Shown: in pieces, positions 9,937-19,800 of the stretch | Position numbering within the stretch: the first letter of the stretch is position 1 | How the letters are laid out: each line of letters opens with the position of its first letter | Assembly: GCA_036339735.1 (NCBI GenBank) | Contig: JAYZAL010000026.1 | Span: 1 to 64,000 of the forward strand | From: Candidatus Poribacteria bacterium | GTDB taxonomy: Bacteria; Poribacteria; WGA-4E; UBA9662 | Length of the DNA stretch: 64,000 bases | Reading direction: 5' to 3' | Notes under the pieces: model-generated | Databases searched by the model: none | The model's input: the letters and a program-made list of their open reading frames with translations, nothing else | Told to the model about the DNA's origin: nothing | Made by a program: the position numbers and the translations under genes

Positions 9937-10617
9937 TTCTTACCTGATTCTTCAATATTTCCATCTTACCATTGCTTTAGTCCTAAATCGATCAGATTTA
10001 TTATAGCCACTTTATTCTAATAAGGCAACCTAGCAATTTCCCCCAGATGTAAATTTTTATCATCTTTTTAAGTCAGATTCGAAGCTATAAAAAACACCAG
10101 CTAAAAGTATCGTTCACAACTTTCGAAATTAGGAATAACCAAATCAAAAATCATTAATTAAACGGTCGAAAATCACTTCCCAACCGATATACAGATTGAA
10201 AAAAGATATAAGGTATAAGCCTCAGATTTATTTACATATCTAGATTTTTCTCTTTTTTTGAACGATATGTTCTATCTGTATTTTTATCGGTTAGCGTTGG
10301 CAAATATCACTAATTTATGAAGAGATAAATTTACTGTAACTTCAAGTCTAATTTGGGTTTAATTTATGGCGCTTTGATTAAAGTTCAAGTGATTATTCTG
10401 AAGTATTAGGTAAATATTTAGAAGCTCATTTGGATTGTTATTTAATTGATTTCAGCTTCTAATTATTCGGTTGGGTTTACATATATCGTCTATGTCTTAT
10501 AGAAATTAGTATACATTCTCATTATCAACCGCTAGTTATTTTTTAAGCTAATTCATGAAAGATAGCATATACTACTGATTATCATAAGAGTAAGAAGCAT
10601 AAAGTACAAAGGTAATT

Positions 10618-10833
10618 GTGATGGAAGAAAGTAAAAAATGGGAATGTCCAAAGTGCCAAAATTCTACATATCAAACTGATGAAATTTCTGCAACAGGCAC
10701 TGGATTAACTAAATTTATGAATATGCAAAATCGAAAATTTGTAGCGATTACTTGTGATCGATGTAAGTATACTGAGTTCTACAAAGGAGAATCATCAATG
10801 CTATCCAATATCTTAGATGTATTTGGCAACTAA
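10618..10833 (+). CDS. Small zinc-ribbon protein (DUF2082-like)
   Basis: CPKC...ATGTGLTKFMNMQNRKF...CDRCKYTEFY...LDVFG fits the DUF2082 pattern. Confidence 0.85.
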   Translation: MMEESKKWECPKCQNSTYQTDEISATGTGLTKFMNMQNRKFVAITCDRCKYTEFYKGESSMLSNILDVFGN

Positions 10834-11133
10834 AATACCACACCAAATGTAAGATAACGTTGATTAAATACCAAGCTGAGTTTCCAACTAACACCTAAAG
10901 AAAACGAAAAGTTCACATCTAAAAGTCCCAATATCCTGATAGGGTTTCACCCATTTAGGCGTAACAATCTAAAACTTAGATTCTTCAGAAGAGTCAATCA
11001 AGCTAACGTACAAGGTTAGGAAATACTGAAAACTTCACAAGCAATATAGAAATAACTCAGATAAAAAATTTGGCTCAAATTAAAACTTTACTTAAGATCA
11101 ATAACCCCTAACAAACATTTTGATAATTAATAT

Positions 11134-11174
11134 CCTATGACATAGGTCAGTTATTCAATAGTACTGTTGAATAA
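11134..11174. promoter_or_regulatory. Two adjacent palindromes (candidate operators) upstream of the Nif3-like gene
   Basis: CCTATG-A-CATAGG (11134-11146) and TTATTCAATAGTACTGTTGAATAA (11151-11174, one mismatched pair), 10 nt before the GAGG RBS. Confidence 0.55.
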
Positions 11175-11195
11175 GTCATACAACGAGGTAGCTGT

Positions 11196-11996
11196 ATGTA
11201 TAAAGCTAGCGCTATAGCTAAGGTCTTCGAAGAGATTGCGCCCAAAGAAATTGGTCTTAAAAATGATGAGCTAGGTTTCATTTATGGCAATCCTGAAACT
11301 GACGTGACCAGTTTAGCCTGTCTATGGAATATTCATACAGAAAGTATTAGTTCGTGTATTGAGAAAAAAGCTAACATGATAATTTGCCATGAAGGAATAT
11401 GGTTAGCAGAGCAAAATAGTAGTTGGTATCAAGGCCCAAGCAAGAAAGATATCTATTCTAACAATGTGAGAAAAGAGCTACTTGATCAACATAAAATTGT
11501 CGTATATAGAAGCCACTCTAATTGGGACGCACTAGACCAAAATGGCACTTCTGATCAAGCTGTCTTGGCACTTGGAATCCAAGACCTCCGCCTAAAAGTT
11601 AAACAAAAATTCTTTTCTGTCCAAGAACTACCACGACGAATGTCGGTCGTAGAATTGAGTAAATATGTAGAGGATGGTTTAGCATTCAATTCATGTCGTA
11701 TTTTTGGTGATGCTAAGAAATTCATTCATAGTTTTGCTTTCCTGATTGGTGGATTTGGAGAAAATCAACTACATATGCCCCAAGCCGCCCGAGATATGGG
11801 GGCAGAAGCCATAATCATTGGTGAGATGAGCGAATTCATCGTCATCGCATGCCTTGAAATGGGTTTGCCAGTCATAGAAAGTTTGCACAGTGTCAGTGAA
11901 ATACCAGCAATTAAGAGGCAAGCGGCCATTATGAAAGAAAAATTCCCTGATCTACCTACACATTATATCCCAAGTGGTGTACAGTCCTTTCAGTAA
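11196..11996 (+). CDS. Nif3-like dinuclear metal center protein (YbgI/YqfO family)
   Basis: FEEIAP..; GFIYGNPETDV; MIICHE; VYRSHSNWD; HSVSE; GAGG RBS. Confidence 0.85.
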   Translation: MYKASAIAKVFEEIAPKEIGLKNDELGFIYGNPETDVTSLACLWNIHTESISSCIEKKANMIICHEGIWLAEQNSSWYQGPSKKDIYSNNVRKELLDQHKIVVYRSHSNWDALDQNGTSDQAVLALGIQDLRLKVKQKFFSVQELPRRMSVVELSKYVEDGLAFNSCRIFGDAKKFIHSFAFLIGGFGENQLHMPQAARDMGAEAIIIGEMSEFIVIACLEMGLPVIESLHSVSEIPAIKRQAAIMKEKFPDLPTHYIPSGVQSFQ

Positions 11997-12180
11997 GTCA
12001 ATCTAAGAACTAGTTATCAGAACACATCAACGACCCAGTCAGTAAGTATTTATTGCTAACTGATTAAAATTGCTACAACGTTGAACATAGATGAATCTTA
12101 AAAGAAAAAAGTGTCCAGTCAGTATGAAAATTAATAGACTTATTTTCGTGTACAGGTAATAGAAAAATGGAAACTAAGTT

Positions 12181-13194
12181 TTGACCCAACAAGTACAACT
12201 ACGAAGCATCGTTTTTAAGGATATCAACCAAGTAGAACTTGAAACAAAAGTGAAAACATTTAAGCTTGGTCCAAGTGAGGTTCTGATCCAGACTCTATAC
12301 AGTTGCATTAGTGCTGGCACAGAGGTGGCCAAACTAAGCGGACTTCAGAAAGTATCCTACCCACTGTACGTAGGTAATCGCGCAGTTGGACATGTTATTG
12401 CAATTGGTACTGAGGTTGATCATCTTACCGTTGGCGAATTCGTTTTTAGCCATATTCATCATCAAAGCTATTCAATTGGTCAGCAACTTGTATGTCCGTT
12501 GCCTAACCAACTTGAGCAACCTGTTGCTGCTATGTTGGGCATGGGATTAGTAGCAATCGCTGGTATACAAACGGCTCAACCGGAATTAGGAGATGTTGTC
12601 ATAGTTACTGGGGGCGGACTCGTTGGTCAACTCACTGCACAATTGACGGTCTTATCAGGTGCGACTCCTGTCCTAATCGATATTGTTGATGAGCGCTTAC
12701 ATGTTGCTCATTTATGTGGTATTAATACAACGATTAATCCAAATCGAGAAGATCCCAAAGCATATATTATGGAACTAACTAGCGGAAGAGGGGCTGACAT
12801 AATTCTTGAATGTACTGGTGTCCCATCGGTCTCACTATCCGCGATTGATTATGCTCGACGAAACGGTAAGTTTGTCTTTATGGGTTCACCACGTGGTCGC
12901 TATCAAACTGATATCACTCCGTTTTTAGAAAAGGTACACCTGTGGAAACCTGGGGGGAATTTGACTTTACTAGGAGCCCATGAGTGGAAACTACCAGTAA
13001 AACAAAATGATTTTTGCAAACATAGTATGGAGCAAAATTGTAAGCTTTTGTCGCGTTTGGTAATCGAAAAAAAACTTAGACTGGATCCACTTATCTCACA
13101 TATATACAAACCAGAAGAAGCACAAGAATCATATCAAGACCTGATTGAGCATCAAAATAAGGTCCTAGGCGCAATTTTCGATTGGAGGGATTAA
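12181..13194 (+). CDS. MDR-superfamily dehydrogenase (BchC-like subtype)
   Basis: SCISAGTE; Rossmann GGGLVGQL; TSGRGADIILECTG; PLISH. The classic GHE zinc motif is absent. Confidence 0.85.
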   Translation: MTQQVQLRSIVFKDINQVELETKVKTFKLGPSEVLIQTLYSCISAGTEVAKLSGLQKVSYPLYVGNRAVGHVIAIGTEVDHLTVGEFVFSHIHHQSYSIGQQLVCPLPNQLEQPVAAMLGMGLVAIAGIQTAQPELGDVVIVTGGGLVGQLTAQLTVLSGATPVLIDIVDERLHVAHLCGINTTINPNREDPKAYIMELTSGRGADIILECTGVPSVSLSAIDYARRNGKFVFMGSPRGRYQTDITPFLEKVHLWKPGGNLTLLGAHEWKLPVKQNDFCKHSMEQNCKLLSRLVIEKKLRLDPLISHIYKPEEAQESYQDLIEHQNKVLGAIFDWRD

Positions 13195-13195
13195 T

Positions 13196-14053
13196 GTGTC
13201 GGCTGCTGTAGAGTACATTCGGCTAGGGTATGGTAACTATGGAATGAGAGATGTAAACATTGACAATATACTCTCAACTATCAAGGGAATAGGTTACGAG
13301 ACAATCGAAATAACCGCAGCCGATGGTTGGCCAACTTCACCGGACGTATTAAATAAGTCAGATCGGTTAATACTGAGGAACAAGATTAATAATCTAGGTT
13401 TTCCACCTCCGGCAATTCTTGCTTTGCTTCCCTTGTGTCAATCAAGGATATCACATGTAGAACTTCTCCATAAATTTCGTATCATTTGTAGGTTTGCTCG
13501 CGATCTCAGTTGGACTGATAGTCCAACTATTGTCACCACTACACTCGGAGCTAACAGTTCAGAATGGGAATCAAGACAGGATCAGATTTTAGAAATGCTT
13601 ATTCAGTTTGGAGATATTGCACGTGATTTTAAGGTGATACTGGCAATAGAACCACATGTTGGAGGAGCCATCGATAGTCCAGAGAAAGCCAACTGGCTAA
13701 TGAAACAAGTAAATCATGAGTCCCTTAAACTCAACTTTGATATTAGCCACTTTCATCTTCAGGGCATGGATATGGTTTACTCTGCTGAACTGTGTCTTCC
13801 ATATACGAAACATATTCACATCAAAGATGGATACTATGACCAGACTGGTGCTGTTCAGTTTCTATTGCCAGGTGAGGGAAATCTTAACCTGACTGAATAC
13901 CTGAAAATTTTGGTCAACCATAAGATAACGCTATCAGTTACTGTCGAGGTCAGTGGTATGATTTGGAACCGATCTGATTATAACCCTTGGGAAACGATGC
14001 AAAAGTCCTATACCGCTCTTAATGATGCTAGAAAAGCTCTGCAACCTCTTTAG
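13196..14053 (+). CDS. Sugar phosphate isomerase/epimerase (xylose isomerase-like TIM barrel)
   Basis: GYETIE; LAIEPH; LNFDISHF; HIHIKD; LPGEG; VEV. Confidence 0.88.
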   Translation: MSAAVEYIRLGYGNYGMRDVNIDNILSTIKGIGYETIEITAADGWPTSPDVLNKSDRLILRNKINNLGFPPPAILALLPLCQSRISHVELLHKFRIICRFARDLSWTDSPTIVTTTLGANSSEWESRQDQILEMLIQFGDIARDFKVILAIEPHVGGAIDSPEKANWLMKQVNHESLKLNFDISHFHLQGMDMVYSAELCLPYTKHIHIKDGYYDQTGAVQFLLPGEGNLNLTEYLKILVNHKITLSVTVEVSGMIWNRSDYNPWETMQKSYTALNDARKALQPL

Positions 14054-14145
14054 GATTGAGTCTTGACATCTTAAGAATCAAACTTCTAGACGGACTTAGT
14101 CAGGTAACTACTTCCAAAAAGGGAAAATCTGGGTGGTAAGAATCA

Positions 14146-14181
14146 CAGTGGATGCAAGTTCCGGTAGCTTGTGATCCACTG
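14146..14181. terminator. Hairpin between convergent transcription units (possible terminator)
   Basis: CAGTGGAT-g-CAAG...CTTG-tg-ATCCACTG; only a short T tract follows. Confidence 0.35.
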
Positions 14182-14192
14182 CACTTTCTGTA

Positions 14193-14390
14193 CTAATGTT
14201 CCGGTGGATGAAAATGTTGGGTTTGACGTAAAATTCGATGTAGGCGCTGAATCGGATGATAATCAGGTAAGGGTTGTTCGAATATTGATTTAGTACGGAA
14301 GAAGCGTTTCCACCAAGCTGAGCGGTTTGAGTACACAACTGGTAATTGTACCGACCGCTTAGACACTTCGATATTGTTTCCTACAGACAT
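14193..14390 (-). CDS. Possible small basic hypothetical protein (65 aa)
   Basis: ATG-started ORF in an otherwise empty region; no clear RBS. Confidence 0.35.
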   Translation of the reverse strand: MSVGNNIEVSKRSVQLPVVYSNRSAWWKRFFRTKSIFEQPLPDYHPIQRLHRILRQTQHFHPPEH

Positions 14391-14473
14391 ATTTATTTAA
14401 ATAAACCAATGGGCCGAAGATTCTTGAATGACGTTTAGTAACTAGGTTATAGATTGTGTAAATCGACCGAATC

Positions 14474-14650
14474 CTAGTTTTGTTTTTTTTGAACTGTTGG
14501 TTGTGGCTGATTGTTGCTGATGTTATTGATCCTTCCCGACCGAATATCACGCTTCGTGGTTTCAATTCCTTTAATCTTTCCTGCCCGTACGCTTCGTTTT
14601 ACCCCTTCAATATTAAGTCGTTTTTGAATCGTGTGTTTTTTTATTGTCAT
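14474..14650 (-). CDS. Small basic hypothetical protein (58 aa, MTIKKHTIQKRLNIEG...)
   Basis: ATG at 14650 preceded by AGAGG RBS 5 nt upstream; K/R-rich product. Confidence 0.5.
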   Translation of the reverse strand: MTIKKHTIQKRLNIEGVKRSVRAGKIKGIETTKRDIRSGRINNISNNQPQPTVQKKQN

Positions 14651-15090
14651 GCGAGCCTCTTTGAAAATTGATTTATTTGTCAAAGTATGAGCCAATTCTA
14701 GTTGGAACTACGTTCCCACAACAAAAACCGTTTCGGTTAAAAACGATTAAGACAACAAAAAGTCCTAATTTTTGCAATTTAAGATGATTCTGAGAGGTAT
14801 CTTTTTCCACTTCAGTCATTTAAGAATCTGTAAATTACTGATTTGTAAGGAGATAACTCTAAACAATTGCCAGCCAACAGATGGAATCTGTTTTAAGGAT
14901 GAAAAACTCGGAAGTAGTGGAACATATAAAGTTTGGTTTTTCCTATGACTCAATTAGAGAAATATAGAATCCGGAATTTAAATATTTTTTCAGTATCAAC
15001 ACAGATTACAGTGAGCAGAGTCGAGTGAAGGAATGAAGATTACAGACCCTGGGAGAAGATCATATCTTTTTAGATTAGATTAGTATTGGG

Positions 15091-15603
15091 TTAAAGGAAA
15101 ATGTTAGTTGGTCTATTTTGGAAATAACTTTTCACGTTATCGTGAACCTCTGGGTGGTCCAAAATATTCTCTGACTGTAGCCATTCAATGTGATGATGTT
15201 GCTCTAACATGGAATCCTCAATAATGGCAATTTTTTCCTTTTGAGACAGAGGAAGTTCAAATTGACAAGCAATGGTAACGTAATGAGTGCCACAGCTGTC
15301 ATCTTGAAAATTGTTCTCATAGATGTGGTCGTAAATACCTTTTAATCGTAATTGACTAGTATGTAATGGAAACCCAATCTCTTGTGTAGAGATTCGCTCT
15401 AAGCCTTCTGATAAATATTCATTTTTGTATACTTTTCCACCAGGGACAAAAAGACTGCCTTGAGCTGGGTTGTTACTTCTCTCACCGACCAATAATTTGT
15501 TTTGAAAAAAAATGAGTAAATCGATCGAAACCAGTTGTGTCAAGCTTAATGCTTGAAAATAGTCTTCCCGACTTAAACGTTTCTTTTTCATAAAATCCTT
15601 CAT
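15091..15603 (-). CDS. gmm: GDP-mannose mannosyl hydrolase-like NUDIX protein
   Basis: LVSIDL; RSNNPAQGSLFVPGG; modified Nudix box; YDHIYENNF; THYV; QH; VHDNVKSYF all typical of Gmm/NudD/WcaH. Confidence 0.8.
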   Translation of the reverse strand: MKDFMKKKRLSREDYFQALSLTQLVSIDLLIFFQNKLLVGERSNNPAQGSLFVPGGKVYKNEYLSEGLERISTQEIGFPLHTSQLRLKGIYDHIYENNFQDDSCGTHYVTIACQFELPLSQKEKIAIIEDSMLEQHHHIEWLQSENILDHPEVHDNVKSYFQNRPTNIFL

Positions 15604-15883
15604 AAGTCTTGTTCCAAATATTTATAAACAGTTCGAAACTGGATATTCTAATTATACTTTCTGAATATCGATCTTTCTATCATTCTTGATTTGTTTTACC
15701 GTCCCCTATAAACCTAGCTGTAGGTATACAAGAGATATAATACCAAGGTCCTTATGAAACAAACCATTTGTGCTTACTAGGTGAAAGGATAACAAATATT
15801 TCATCGTCCACTTAGTAGTTTGCTTCAACGCTGCTAAATCATTTGTACTTTTCGGGATATCAAAAATGTGCTTAATTAAGTTT

Positions 15884-16666
15884 TTAAGGTTGATTAAAAC
15901 GGTAGATGTTTTTGCTGATATCAGGTAAAGATTGCCAATTATCTTCGGGCAAAGTGTATCGAAAAGTAGTTGAATTATCCGGTTCATGATGGAATCGGCG
16001 AAAATATACTAACGCTAACATTGGTCGAGGTTGGGCTGTTTTATTGGGCATTCCTCGGTGCCAGCAACGCATATCTCTAATCACCAATGACCCCGCGGGT
16101 ATTAGCATTCGCACTGAAGCTAAACCTTGGGCTCTTTTTTCTAAACTTAGCTGACTGTCTTCAGGCCGATCAACCATTAGGTGAGAGGAAGGCCAAACTT
16201 CGGTCGCACCATTTTTTTCAGTGAAATCGACTAAAGGAATGTTAACTACAGCTTTGGTCATAGGTAGAACATACGGTGTATCTGGAAATAGATGGCCTGC
16301 GTCCCGATGAATATGCTGAATTGAGCAATTCGGCCAAGCGGTGTTATTACCATAAGGTAAATAGCTAAAAAAATTATCCCCCAATGTCATTTGCAGAATC
16401 TGCATAGCAAACGGATTTTGTACAATTAGTGGATCTAAGAATGGTTCCTTCATTGGAGGACTAATACCGCCATGATTGTTGGGCCATTGCTCGCCGTATT
16501 CTTGCTTTGCTTGATCCAGATATTGGTCAAACAATTCGGTAATCCAACCAGGATCAAAAACCGACTCCAGTACTACATAACCGACTTCTCTTAGTTGCCG
16601 ACAGGCTATTTCTAAGCTACTAGTATCCAATTGACTGGATTCTCGTTCATTTGGTGAAATTTGCAC
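15884..16666 (-). CDS. PhyH family 2OG/Fe(II) dioxygenase
   Basis: GYVVLE; QHIHRD; NIPLVDFTEKNGATEVWPSSH; RDMRCWHRGMPN. Confidence 0.9.
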   Translation of the reverse strand: MQISPNERESSQLDTSSLEIACRQLREVGYVVLESVFDPGWITELFDQYLDQAKQEYGEQWPNNHGGISPPMKEPFLDPLIVQNPFAMQILQMTLGDNFFSYLPYGNNTAWPNCSIQHIHRDAGHLFPDTPYVLPMTKAVVNIPLVDFTEKNGATEVWPSSHLMVDRPEDSQLSLEKRAQGLASVRMLIPAGSLVIRDMRCWHRGMPNKTAQPRPMLALVYFRRFHHEPDNSTTFRYTLPEDNWQSLPDISKNIYRFNQP

Positions 16667-16778
16667 TGTTAATCTCCTTTCTAGTTTTTCATTCTTCGTC
16701 TAAACTTAGACTCAGCCTATTTTCCAAGTATAGCAGATAACAAATTAGTTATACCATTGCAGGCGCAAAGGTTTTGGA

Positions 16779-16807
16779 TTGATTGAATTGTCGGGTTTTG
16801 ATATAAT
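16779..16807 (+). promoter_or_regulatory. Putative sigma70 promoter for the large exoprotein gene
   Basis: TTGATT (16779-16784), 17-nt spacer, TATAAT (16802-16807) preceded by TGn. Confidence 0.55.
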
Positions 16808-16816
16808 CCAGACATT

Positions 16817-19800
16817 GTGCTGAGTGTTAGTGTGCCATTAAAATCTCCTCCTTTTTACTTGATCGTTTTCTTAACTGTGTGTTTGGTAGACCCAGTTTGG
16901 TGTAAAATCATCTATGTGCCGAAAGATTTTCTCACGATTCAGACGGCTATCGAAAACTGCCAAAACAAAGATCAAATCATCGTCGCACCCGGCCACTATC
17001 GAGAAAACTTACGGTTCAACGGTCAGGATATTATTCTGCGTTCAACCAATCCAAACGATCTAGAAATCGTTCAACAAACAGTGGTTGATGGCGGTGGAAT
17101 ATCGGCTGTTGTTACTTTGTCTGGAGATGAAACCTCAGACTGTCAAATTGCTGGATTAACTTTGACTAATGGACGAAATGCTATTGGGGCTGGCATTTCA
17201 GGTAATGGGTCAGCAGCGACTATCGCTCTCAATCGGATCATTGGTAATCGTGCTATTTCCGATGACGGAGGTCAAGCACATGGCGGAGCGATAGCTCAAT
17301 GTAACGGAACAATCACAAGCAACCAAATCCTGAGTAATTGGGTTGAATCAACCACGGCTAGTGGCAGTGGTGGTGGAATCTATCAAGCGAATGGAACCAT
17401 TGTCAATAACATTATCGCAGGTAATACTGTTTCAGTACTATGGAACGCCAGTGGTGGCGGAATCTCAACTTGTCAAGCAGACGTCATTAATAATACGATT
17501 GCTTACAATCGTACTGTTACCTTGTCGGCGCTGGATGGATATACTTTCGGTGCTGGAATTAGTAATTGCACAGGCCTAATTCAAAATTGCATTCTTTGGG
17601 GTAACGTATCTGGTAAAAATGGGCAGATACACAATAGTACAATCCCCATGTACTCTTGTTTAAACGATGAAAATGGAAAGGATAACTATAATATAGATGC
17701 CGACCCACTTTTTATATCCAAGACTGACCTTCGTTTGCAAGCTGAATCACCGTGTATCAACCGAGGTAACCCAAAAAATTCACCAATAACCGACCTAACT
17801 TACTACCGCCGAACACAACCGGATATTGGGGCCTACGAATGGAGGCCGACTCCTATAGTTAATACATTGCCAAGTGAATTAAGTAAGGGGCAAATATGGT
17901 TTCGAGGTTCAATAGATCAAGGAGTCGATAAAAAACTGAAAGCTTTTTTTGAATATGGACCTACTCTAAACTATGGATTGAAAACACCTATTCAATTGAT
18001 CCCCCTCCAAACGCTCGACGAGTTGATAGAAATCCAACAGGTAATGACCAATTTACAAGCAAACACTACGTATCACTTTCGCTTGGTAGTAGTCTATGAA
18101 AGAGGGCGTAGCTATGGTCAAGACCAGATTTTGATGTTGGGTCAGCCTCTCGTGAGAGTTCCAGATGACTATTTAACTATTCAAGAAGCCATCGATGATG
18201 TACCTAATGGCTACCGAATTGTAGTCCGAGACGGGACTTACTATGGCAATTTGGATATGAAGGGAAAAGCATTACTGTTGCAGTCTGAGAACGGCGCTGA
18301 GAATTGCATTATTAACAGTCAAGCTCAAGGAAGGGGAATTGTCTTTCAAACTTCGGAGACTAATGAAACAGTTATCGAAGGTTTTACCATTACTAATGGC
18401 CAGGCTGACGAGGGTGGTGGAATTGCTTGTTTTGGATCTTCACCAATTATTCGTGATTGTATTGTGATCGAAAACGTAGCTAATCAATATGGTGGTGGAA
18501 TTTATTGTCAAAGCGCCGAACCAATTTTGGAGAATTGCCACGTTTTGCAGAATAAGGGTGGTGGCATTTACAGCTTGGACGCTTCACCTAAAATTAGCCA
18601 TTGTTTGATCGAGCGGAATATAACAGCTGGTGATGGTGGTGGAATTTACTGCCATAAATCGAACATTCAAATTGACAGCACCGTCATTCGTCGTAATCGA
18701 GCTGGTTATTCTGGTGGTGGGTTATACTGTCGGGATGCTCAGCCACATTTGGTCAATTGTATAATTGATTACAATGTAGCCACTAAAGGTGGTGGATTAA
18801 GCGCAAATTTCTACGCTTTCCCTACACTGATCCACTGTACTGTTGTTTTTAATTACATTGATACTTCAACATTAAAAGCCGCCAGTGGTGCTGTATACGC
18901 TGACAAAACAGCTTCCCCTCGAATCTACAACTCAATTCTGTGGTTAAATGGAGACAATCCTATTGAATTTTTAGGCGATGTTTTGCAAATCAGGTATTCG
19001 GCTGTTGAAGGCGGTTTTCCTAACATTGGTAATATCAATGCGATACCAATCTTGGCTGATATTGAACAATATGAATACTACGTCTCAGATCAGAGCCCTC
19101 TTATTGGTGGGGGAAGTCCAGATTGGGCGGTTGCTATCGATTTTGAAGGAAATCCCAGAGCCAATTCTCCAACTATTGGTGCTTACGAAATTGGCCGTTA
19201 CATACCGGAGATGCATTTAATCCAGACACAATCGGATATTGGGTCTACCATTACGCCCTCAGGCGAAATTTCAGTAAGACGACTGGAGAATCAGAATTTT
19301 CAGTTCACAACTCAAGTTGGATATCAACTGGTTGACATATTCGTTGATGGTAATTCTGTTGGTCCAGTTGAAAGCTATAGTTTCGAAAGAATTAAAAAAG
19401 ATCATCTCATTACCACTACTACGGTCAGTTATCCGGTGAACCTTCAAGCCGAGGCTTCTATAGAAACTTATCAAGGGAAACCCATATCGATTGAACTAAC
19501 TTTACTAAATATACGTGGTGAACCTACAGTACCACTGAGCCCGATTCGACTGGCATTGGACTCAGATACTGAAGGTATCTTTATGATAGGTAATGTCATG
19601 AACCCACCAGCCACCGAATTGGTCATACCCGTTGATCAAAACTCAGCTACTATATTTTTTTCTACCCATCAACTTGGACAAAACCTAATTCGTATTAGCC
19701 ATCTCGCGAACGATGAACGCTCTAAAATAAATCCTGTTACCCACAGTTTACAGGTCGTTACCGCACTTGAACGAATTCAGGTGGAGGGTAGCCCAATAGA

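Noticed and set aside
14359-14565. Possible frameshift fusion of the small minus-strand ORFs at an A8 run
   Set aside because: The overlapping ORF is in the +1 frame, the fused product resembles nothing recognisable, and there is no stimulatory signal.
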